In this document: positions 49,629-56,763 of the stretch, piece after piece
Numbering within the stretch: position 1 is the first letter of the stretch
Layout of the letters: each line of letters begins with the position of its first letter
DNA from: Patescibacteria group bacterium
GTDB taxonomy: Bacteria > Patescibacteriota > Microgenomatia > 0-14-0-10-38-17
Assembly (NCBI GenBank): GCA_050947035.1
Contig: JBMNVW010000001.1
Coordinates: 48,967 to 112,966, forward strand
Reading direction: 5' to 3'
DNA length: 64,000 bases
The notes under the pieces: generated by a model
Seen by the model: only the letters and a program-made list of their open reading frames with translations
What the model was told of the DNA's origin: nothing
Databases searched by the model: none
Made by a program: the position numbers and the translations under genes

Positions 49629-50747
49629 TCAGTCAAAGCTAACAACCCCACTAATAAAACCCCTAATCTTTTTTTTAAATCTTTCTTCGCTAAAGTTTTT
49701 AGCCCAAGACTGAAGAACTCTTTTGTCCCACTTTATTTTATTAAATCTCTTTATCGCCTGACTGATAGTCGAAACTTGAGTGCTATCAATTAAAATTCCA
49801 GTTTTGCCATCCTTAACCGATTCCTTAAACCCACCACCGTTGAAGGCAATTACCGGCGTTCCGGCAGCTTGAGCCTCAACAACCGTAATACCAAAATCTT
49901 CATCTTGGGCTAAGGCCAAAAAACCCTTGGCCCGAGCATAAAAATCAGCCAAAGCTTCATCAGAAACTCGACCCAAAAACTCGACTCTTCCCTGGCCAAT
50001 TTTTTCCAACTTCTTTTTAACAGTTTCATATCCGGCCGTGCCACCAATAATTTTTAAATTAAAGCCTAAATTTTTGGCGGCAACAATCGCTTCTTCCAAG
50101 CCCTTGGCCCCGACTAGGCGAGAAACAATTAAAAAATAGTCTTCTTTTTTATTTTTTTGGCTTGCTTTAATAAAGCGGTCAACCGCCACCGGTGGATAAA
50201 TAACCTTCGATTTGGCCCGATAAAATTTTTTCACCCGCTTGGCCACGTTATTGGAATTAACCAGCCAATGATCAACTCTTTGGGCTGATCGATAATCAAA
50301 TTGGCGCAAAAAGTGATTAACAACCAAACCATAAACCCGAACCGGCCAATATTTTTGCCAATCTCGACTAGTCTGATAACCATATAAAAACCTGGGCGGA
50401 GTATGACAATAAGCAACAATTTTAGTCGTCGGCCCAACTCGAAAACCTCGAGCAAAATAACCAGAACAAGAGGTGATCACCAAATCATAAGCGGACAAGT
50501 CCAGGCTTTTCCAAATTTGGGGAACAAGAAAGCGCAAGGGACTGTAAAGATTTTTTTTCTTAATTAAGCTGGCCCAAGAACTTTCAATAATCTTCCGATC
50601 GGCAAAAGATCGAGCCGCCAAAGAATCTTGATTGGCAAAAGCTGTATAAATCGGTGCCTGAGGAAAGATATCACACAGGGCCCGCAAAACTCTCTCGGCA
50701 CCACCAAATTCCTTTAAATAATCATGGATTAGAGCAACTTTTACCAT
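49629..50747 (-). CDS. GT4 glycosyltransferase
   Basis: HDYL..FGGAERV, YCHTPPR, EDFGITVVEA. Confidence 0.9.
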   Translation of the reverse strand: MVKVALIHDYLKEFGGAERVLRALCDIFPQAPIYTAFANQDSLAARSFADRKIIESSWASLIKKKNLYSPLRFLVPQIWKSLDLSAYDLVITSCSGYFARGFRVGPTTKIVAYCHTPPRFLYGYQTSRDWQKYWPVRVYGLVVNHFLRQFDYRSAQRVDHWLVNSNNVAKRVKKFYRAKSKVIYPPVAVDRFIKASQKNKKEDYFLIVSRLVGAKGLEEAIVAAKNLGFNLKIIGGTAGYETVKKKLEKIGQGRVEFLGRVSDEALADFYARAKGFLALAQDEDFGITVVEAQAAGTPVIAFNGGGFKESVKDGKTGILIDSTQVSTISQAIKRFNKIKWDKRVLQSWAKNFSEERFKKKIRGFISGVVSFD

Positions 50748-50752
50748 TTTTT

Positions 50753-51637
50753 TTAAAATAAGTTCATCTGCTGGTCTTTTTTCTCTAAATCGGCCAAAAG
50801 AGAACGAAAACCCAAAAAAGAAAAAGCCAACCTTAGTTGTTCGGTATCAACCCTATCCAGCCGATATTCTTCTAAATTAATTTTAATCGGTACTTGGCAA
50901 TCAATTTTAGCTAAATCAGCCGATAAAAAAACATCATCTTTATAATCAACCAATTTTTCCCTTACCGCTGGTGAGTCAACCTTATCAAGATCATTATAAA
51001 TTGCTTTTATCGTTCCAAAATGATTTAACAGCTTGGCTCCGGTTTTGGGACCAATGCCCAGAGCGCCGGGATAATTGTCGGAATTATCACCCACCAACCC
51101 CTTATAATCAACCACTTGATCAGGCCTAACGTCTAAATCTTTCTTTACCTGAGATGGCCCAACAATTTGACCAGTGGATAGACCATTCTTAGGTAAAAAC
51201 AAACTAACCCGATCATTAACCAATTGCATTAAATCTTTGTCACCGGTAACAATTAAAACCGGCAATTTCTTGCTTACCTTTTTGGCAACCGTCCCGATAA
51301 CATCATCAGCTTCAAAACCCTCTTTTTGCTTGTTGGCAATTTTGGCTCGGTTAAGAATCTCCCCCACTAAAATAATTTGATCAACCAGCTTTTTGTCAGC
51401 TTTTGGTCGTTTGGCCTGGTAACCAACAAATTTTTCATGACGAAAGTTGGGTCCCGGAGCATCAAGGGCCACTAAAAAATATTTCGGAGAAAAATTGTCC
51501 CAAAGACGAAAAAGCATTTTAAAAAACCCATAAACCGCTCCTGTCGGCTGACCATCAGGAGAAGTTAGAGCGGGCAGGGCGTGAAAGGCTCGATGCAAAA
51601 CGGCGTGGCCGTCAACAATAATAAACTTTTTATTCAT
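50753..51637 (-). CDS. stand-alone 5'-3' exonuclease/flap endonuclease (PolA N-terminal domain)
   Basis: VDGHAVLHRAFHA, EADDVIG, TGDKD, GDNSDNYPG..GIGPKT; ends QQMNLF; ATG overlaps the ftsH 3' end. Confidence 0.9.
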   Translation of the reverse strand: MNKKFIIVDGHAVLHRAFHALPALTSPDGQPTGAVYGFFKMLFRLWDNFSPKYFLVALDAPGPNFRHEKFVGYQAKRPKADKKLVDQIILVGEILNRAKIANKQKEGFEADDVIGTVAKKVSKKLPVLIVTGDKDLMQLVNDRVSLFLPKNGLSTGQIVGPSQVKKDLDVRPDQVVDYKGLVGDNSDNYPGALGIGPKTGAKLLNHFGTIKAIYNDLDKVDSPAVREKLVDYKDDVFLSADLAKIDCQVPIKINLEEYRLDRVDTEQLRLAFSFLGFRSLLADLEKKDQQMNLF

Positions 51638-53498
51638 TGGCGTTTTTCTTTTTGCCAACCACCTTTTCAAATTCAGTTTGATCAAGAGTTTCTTTGGCTA
51701 ATAATTCTTTGGCTAATTTTGCCAAAACTTGCTTGTCTCCTTTTAATAATTTTTTGGCTTGCTGATAAGCCCGGTTAATAATTGTCTCTATTTCTTTATC
51801 AATTCTGGCTTTCATTTTGGCCGAAACAGGATCAATTATTGACCATTCACCTTCTTCGCCTTGGCTATCCCAAGTAACCGGACCCAAAGAGCCCATACCA
51901 AAATCAACCACCATTTTCCGCGCCAATTGATTGGCTTTTTTAATATCATCAGTGGCCCCAGTAGTCATTTCTGAAAAAATTAACTCTTCAGCCGCTCGTC
52001 CCCCCAACAAAACTGATATCCTTTCCATTAGTCGGCTTTTTGTCTCTTGGGTCCGATCTTGAACCGGCGAAATCATCGTGTGGCCCAAAGTAAGGCCTCG
52101 GGCTACAATTGAGACTCGCCCAATCGGATCAACATTGGGCAAAAGATGAGCAATTAAGGCATGGCCCGACTCGTGATAAGCGGCAATTTCGCGTTCTTTT
52201 TTACTCTGCAATCTTTTTCTTTGTGGACCCAGTTTAACTTTGGTAGCCGCTTCTTGCAAATCCTCCATTTCGATTGATTTTTTATTCCCCCTAGCCGCTA
52301 AAATTGCCGCTTCATTGAGCATGTTTTCTAAATCAGCACCAGAAAAGCCCACCGTTTGCTTGGCAATTCTGTCCCAATCAACCGACTTAGCAAATGGTTT
52401 GCCTTGAGCATGAATTTTCAAAATTGCTCCTCGCCCCTGAATATCAGGCATATCCAAAACCACTCGCCGATCAAAACGACCCGGACGAAGTAGAGCCGAA
52501 TCTAAAAGATCGGGCCGATTGGAAGCCCCAATGACAATCACATTATCATTAGGCGAAAAGCCGTCCATCTCCACCAACATCTGATTTAGAGTTTGTTCCC
52601 TTTCGTCATGGCCACTACTGACGGTGCGGGATCGGGACCGACCAATGCTTTCAATTTCGTCAATAAAAATAATGGCGGGGGCGTTTTTCTTGGCCGTTTC
52701 AAACAAATCGCGCATTCTGGCCGAACCAACTCCAACCAACATCTCCATAAATTCTGAACCGGCCATAGAATAAAAAGGAACACTGGCTTCTCCGGCTACC
52801 GCCCGGGCCAACAGGGTCTTTCCTGTTCCTGGCGGCCCAACTAAAAGAACCCCCTTGGGGGTTCTGGCTCCCAGGCGCCGATATTTGGCCGGATTTTTTA
52901 AAAAATCAACTACTTCTTCTAGTTCTCTTTTAGCCTCATCAACACCAGCCACATCACCAAAAGTGGCATCCTGCTTACCTTTAAAAAACTGTTTTGCTTT
53001 CGACTTCCCAAAAGAAAAAATTGAATTTTGCGCTCCTTTAGCCTGTTTAAAGGTGTAGTAAAAAAAGCCGCCAATCAAAACCAGGGGAACAATAGTAAGA
53101 AGAACATCAATCCAAACCTGAGAAAGGGTTTCGTCTTTTACCTTAATCTCCAGGCTTGAAGGATCAACTCCTTCTTGCTGTAAGATACTAACCAAGCTTT
53201 CGCCTGATTCTTTTCTGGTTGTTACCAAAGACTCATCCTGATAATAAAGACTAATTTGGTTGCCGGAAATTTCCGCTTCTTCAACTTTTTCATTCTTAAT
53301 ATCAGACAGAGCCTGAGAAAAAGGAATTTCTTCCGGTGAAACAGTAAAGCTCGCCAAAGCTCCCAAAAGCCAAAAAATTAAAAATATAGCTAATATCCAA
53401 GTAAAAATCTTCTTAAGATTAATTTTTATCTCCACCTTTTTAAATTTTTTTTGAGAAAATTTTGAAATCGGGGTCTTTTTTTTCTCTTTTTTAGCCAT
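51630..53498 (-). CDS. ftsH: ATP-dependent zinc metalloprotease FtsH
   Basis: Two TMs, [20 protein letters not shown]. Confidence 0.97.
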   Translation of the reverse strand: MAKKEKKKTPISKFSQKKFKKVEIKINLKKIFTWILAIFLIFWLLGALASFTVSPEEIPFSQALSDIKNEKVEEAEISGNQISLYYQDESLVTTRKESGESLVSILQQEGVDPSSLEIKVKDETLSQVWIDVLLTIVPLVLIGGFFYYTFKQAKGAQNSIFSFGKSKAKQFFKGKQDATFGDVAGVDEAKRELEEVVDFLKNPAKYRRLGARTPKGVLLVGPPGTGKTLLARAVAGEASVPFYSMAGSEFMEMLVGVGSARMRDLFETAKKNAPAIIFIDEIESIGRSRSRTVSSGHDEREQTLNQMLVEMDGFSPNDNVIVIGASNRPDLLDSALLRPGRFDRRVVLDMPDIQGRGAILKIHAQGKPFAKSVDWDRIAKQTVGFSGADLENMLNEAAILAARGNKKSIEMEDLQEAATKVKLGPQRKRLQSKKEREIAAYHESGHALIAHLLPNVDPIGRVSIVARGLTLGHTMISPVQDRTQETKSRLMERISVLLGGRAAEELIFSEMTTGATDDIKKANQLARKMVVDFGMGSLGPVTWDSQGEEGEWSIIDPVSAKMKARIDKEIETIINRAYQQAKKLLKGDKQVLAKLAKELLAKETLDQTEFEKVVGKKKNANE

Positions 53499-53570
53499 GG
53501 ACATATTGTATCAAATCAGCCACCAATAAAGTAGAGTTTCTTTTCTTAAAATATCTAGTAAATACCCCAT

Positions 53571-53634
53571 TTCTAAAGGTCCGAAGCTATTTGACCCTAA
53601 GGGTCGGTTTGGTTTTGGACCCTAAGGGTCGGAT
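53571..53634. repeat. REP-like palindrome, family A (partial, with duplicated core)
   Basis: TTCTAAAGGTCCGAAGCTATTTGACCCTAAGGGTCGG...GACCCTAAGGGTCGGAT. Confidence 0.85.
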
Positions 53635-53677
53635 TTTCTTTTAATAGCCGCCCTTTATGCTATAATATTTTTTGACG

Positions 53678-53747
53678 TGCGGGGTAGTGTACGGTGGCAC
53701 GTGAGGCTCATAATCTCACAGATCAGGTTCAACTCCTGACCCCGCAA
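53678..53747 (+). tRNA. tRNA-Met(CAT), probably an atypical initiator
   Basis: TGCGGGG/CCCCGCA acceptor, TGAGG-CTCATAA-TCTCA anticodon arm, TCAGG-TTCAACT-CCTGA T arm; TG-C-TATAAT at 53658-53666. Confidence 0.85.
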
Positions 53748-53987
53748 CACTAGTCTTTAGTCGTTAGTCATTGGTCGTTGGCAATTTGAAAAGTAAATAA
53801 TTAAGGCCTATTTAAGGCTTAGGGGCTCAGGTGGTGAACCTGATAAAGGATTCCTAAATTAACGCGGCACCTTAACTAACAGTCGTGGTGTTATTACACC
53901 AACCAGCGAGGAAAGAAAAAGGAGCGTGTCGTCTTCAACTCCTGACCCCGCAACACTAGTCTTTAGTCGTTAGTCATTGGTCGTTGG
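53728..53987 (+). repeat. exact 54-bp direct repeat of tRNA 3' end plus trailer
   Basis: 53728-53781 identical to 53934-53987, starting at the T-loop TTCAACT. Confidence 0.93.
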
Positions 53988-54014
53988 TTCCTGATACTTT
54001 TTCTCTTTCCGAAA

Positions 54015-54383
54015 ATGTATAAATTCGAAAAATTAAGGGTTTGGCAATCGGCGATGGATTTGGTAGTTGAAGTTTACAAATTCACAAAACAGCTACCCAA
54101 AGAGGAAACTTATGGCCTAAGAGACCAAATAAGAAGAGCAAGCGTTTCTATTGCTTTAAACATTGCCGAAGGGACGGGAGATAAAAGCGACAAAGAATTA
54201 ATAAGATATCTTTATTTATCTAAAAAGTCTCTTTTTGAAACAATAACCGGATTAAAGCTTACTCAAAGAATTTATCAACTAAAGCCAGAACAAATTTTAA
54301 AAAATTGCGATAACCTTGGTAGATCGCTTCAAGCTTTAATAAACTCTTTATCTAAAAGCCAAAAACTAAAGACTAACGACTAA
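54015..54383 (+). CDS. four-helix-bundle protein (23S rRNA IVP/Avd-like family)
   Basis: FEKLRVWQ, LPKEETYGLRDQIRRASVSIALNIAEG. Confidence 0.92.
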   Translation: MYKFEKLRVWQSAMDLVVEVYKFTKQLPKEETYGLRDQIRRASVSIALNIAEGTGDKSDKELIRYLYLSKKSLFETITGLKLTQRIYQLKPEQILKNCDNLGRSLQALINSLSKSQKLKTND

Positions 54384-54400
54384 AGACCAAGGACTAACCT

Positions 54401-54474
54401 GGCAGGGTAGCTCAGGTGGTTAGAGCAGGCGAATCATAACCGTCAGGTCGTCGGTTCAACTCCGACCCCTGCCA
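54401..54474 (+). tRNA. tRNA-Met(CAT), probably elongator
   Basis: GGCAGGG/CCCTGCC acceptor, GCTC/GAGC D stem, loop ATCATAA, GTCGG-TTCAACT-CCGAC T arm. Confidence 0.88.
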
Positions 54475-54478
54475 CTTT

Positions 54479-54826
54479 TTAAAAAAATAATTCCCACCAC
54501 TGGCGCCAATTGGGGACTGGACTAATTTCTTGACTATCAGCCTCATTTTGCCAGAGAATATCTTGAGGTAAGATTAAAATTGTTTCATCTTTTGTCAATC
54601 CCAAACTATTACGCGCTTCTTGCTCCAAGAATTCATCGGTTTTAATATAATCAAGGTGGGCCCTAAGCTGTTCGTTTTTTTCTTGTAAGGCCTCTAGTTC
54701 TTGGTGTTCTTTTCTAACCACCAAGCCGCGACTAATAAGATTGACAGTATTAGTGCCCAAAGAAATAATAACAAAAATTAAAAATATCAATAGTAGAATC
54801 TTAAAGGTCTTCTTTATGGTTGACAT
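54479..54826 (-). CDS. septum formation initiator (FtsB/DivIC-like)
   Basis: TM, coiled coil, EQEARNSLGL; start set at ATG 54826 downstream of TATAAT. Confidence 0.75.
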   Translation of the reverse strand: MSTIKKTFKILLLIFLIFVIISLGTNTVNLISRGLVVRKEHQELEALQEKNEQLRAHLDYIKTDEFLEQEARNSLGLTKDETILILPQDILWQNEADSQEISPVPNWRQWWELFF

Positions 54827-54950
54827 ATGGGCCGATCCAGTGTTATTATAAGCCATACTTGAGCTAAAACCTCTTCGCTTGAAAAATTTTCTTATTTTGT
54901 CAAGAAAAAGCCAAGAAAAAGCCAAGAAAAAAATTAAATCTTACTAAAAA

Positions 54951-55823
54951 ATGAACAGCAATCTTACTTCTTTTGACGGGGCCATAGACAAATTTTTAAC
55001 CCACCTAAAAAACGAAAATCGCTCCAGCAACACTATCATAGCATACGAAAACGACCTTAAGCAGTTGGCGGACTTTATCAGGCCCCAAAAAATTACCGAA
55101 ATCGATCAGGTCAAGACCGACCACATTAAAGCCTTTAAAAACCATCTTTTAGAAGAAAAAAAATACACCAACAAAACCGTTTCCCGCAAACTAAACTCAA
55201 TTAAATCTTTCTTCCGCTTCTTAACTAATTCTGCCGTTATTAAAAAAGACCCGGCCGACGATATTGCCCACCCAAAAATTAAACAAAAACTGCCCCGAAT
55301 TCTTTCTCCTCTAGAATACCGAGCCCTAAGAGATGTCTGCCGAGACGACTCCCGAAGTTATGCCATTATCGAGCTGATGCTTCAGGCCGGTTTACGAATT
55401 TCGGAAGTGGCCAATTTGGAAATAGCCGATATCCAAGAAGACAAAATCATCATCCGCCCTTACGAGTCTCACGATGGACGAGTAATCCCTCTTAACAAGG
55501 CCGCCAAAAGAGCGATTGAGGACTATTTGGAGGAACGACCCAAAACTAGAAAATCAAATAACTTGTTTATTACCAAAAACGGCAACCCTTTGTTAGTAAG
55601 AAACATTAGAAACAGCATTAACCGCTATTTTAAAATCGCCGAAATTACCGATGTTTATGTTAATAATTTGCGGGACACTTTTGTCGTCCAGCAATTAAAG
55701 GCCGGCGTTCCTTTAAATGTTGTCTCCCAAATTATCGGCCACAAACGAGTCTCCTCAACCGAAAAATACCTAGAACTAGTCGAAGAAAAAGAAACTGACA
55801 ACGTTAAGCTAAAAGAGCTCTAA
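54951..55823 (+). CDS. XerC/D-like tyrosine recombinase with altered catalytic motifs
   Basis: SAM-like N-domain (SSNTIIAYENDL), GLRISEV, NNLRDTF, IGHKRVSSTEKY. Confidence 0.85.
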   Translation: MNSNLTSFDGAIDKFLTHLKNENRSSNTIIAYENDLKQLADFIRPQKITEIDQVKTDHIKAFKNHLLEEKKYTNKTVSRKLNSIKSFFRFLTNSAVIKKDPADDIAHPKIKQKLPRILSPLEYRALRDVCRDDSRSYAIIELMLQAGLRISEVANLEIADIQEDKIIIRPYESHDGRVIPLNKAAKRAIEDYLEERPKTRKSNNLFITKNGNPLLVRNIRNSINRYFKIAEITDVYVNNLRDTFVVQQLKAGVPLNVVSQIIGHKRVSSTEKYLELVEEKETDNVKLKEL

Positions 55824-56564
55824 AGATATCCCTACCGGGCAATGATCAGAACCCAAAATTTTGGGTAAAATAAAAGCCTTCTTAACCTCTTTTTTTAAGT
55901 CTTGGCTGACAAAACAATAATCTATTCGCCAACCAACATTCCTTTCCCTTGCCCGGGCAAAATAAGCCCAAAAAGAATAATTGTTTCCCTCTTTATTAAA
56001 CATTCTAAAAGTATCTACAAAACCCAAATCCAAAAGTTGGTCAATCTTTTTCCTTTCTTCCGGAGTGAAACCAGTATTGTTTTTGTTTTCTTGCGGCCTA
56101 GCCAAATCAATCGCTTTATGGGCAATGTTAAAATCACCAATCAAAATCAGCCTTTTTTTATTTTTAATATAATCAAAAAGTTTATCGTAAGTTTTAAGTT
56201 TATAAGCCATGTCCTGTTTTTGCCGGCCGCCGTTGGGTAAATATAAATTCATTATATTAAAGTCGGCAAATTCTAATTCTATTAACCGGCCCTCATTATC
56301 AAAACGATCAAGGCCTAAGCTTTTGTTTGTTGGCTTTGGCTCTTTTTTAGAATAAACGGCTGTACCGCTATAGCCGGGCCTTTGGGCCGGATTTAGAATT
56401 AATTGATAACCGGCAACCTCAAGAAGATCAGTCGGCAATTGCTCTCTTTTGGCTTTAATTTCTTGAAGGCCGATAATATCGGGGTCAATCTTTTTTAAGC
56501 TAGCAAGAAAGTTTTTTCGATAAACTGCCCTTAGGCCATTGATGTTCCAAGAAACAATTTTCAT
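55809..56564 (-). CDS. xth: exodeoxyribonuclease III
   Basis: MKIVSWNINGLRA, LQEIK, GDFNIAH, GWRIDY, GSDHCP; true start 56564, since the longer ORF runs into the tRNA. Confidence 0.93.
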   Translation of the reverse strand: MKIVSWNINGLRAVYRKNFLASLKKIDPDIIGLQEIKAKREQLPTDLLEVAGYQLILNPAQRPGYSGTAVYSKKEPKPTNKSLGLDRFDNEGRLIELEFADFNIMNLYLPNGGRQKQDMAYKLKTYDKLFDYIKNKKRLILIGDFNIAHKAIDLARPQENKNNTGFTPEERKKIDQLLDLGFVDTFRMFNKEGNNYSFWAYFARARERNVGWRIDYCFVSQDLKKEVKKAFILPKILGSDHCPVGISLELF

Positions 56565-56648
56565 ATCACCAAAAACAAACAACTGAATTGTCCAAAGTAA
56601 ATAAACCAATGGAGGATGGTAAGGACGAAACGAACACAATACCCCCAG

Positions 56649-56723
56649 TGGGTCAGGGTGGATTCGAACCACCGAACCTCGATTTTATAAGAATCGCGCT
56701 CTTACCAACTGAGCTACTGACCC
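56649..56723 (-). tRNA. tRNA-Ile(TAT)
   Basis: Minus strand GGGTCAG/CTGACCC acceptor, CGATT-CTTATAA-AATCG anticodon arm, GGTGG-TTCGAAT-CCACC T arm. Confidence 0.92.
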
Positions 56724-56763
56724 AAAAGACTGGCTTTCCCCATATTATACCCGAAAAAGGGGA

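Noticed and set aside
5599-53634. Family A repeats as CRISPR repeats or integron attC sites
   Set aside because: Copies are kilobases apart with no spacer array, no cas genes, no RYYYAAC/GTTRRRY ends and no integron integrase insert; they flank a RAYT instead
53782-53953. tmRNA or intron-containing tRNA beginning GGGGCT
   Set aside because: Too short for tmRNA, no tag ORF identified, and the bases before the second TTCAACT cannot form a T stem
26367-54383. Diversity-generating retroelement (Avd-like gene plus near-identical repeats)
   Set aside because: No reverse transcriptase in the window; differences between the 138-bp repeats are mostly C/T, not adenine-specific, and both copies are in frame in one gene
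56565-56672. N-terminal extension of Xth in the ORF track
   Set aside because: Overlaps tRNA-Ile; the family begins at MKIVSWN (56564)
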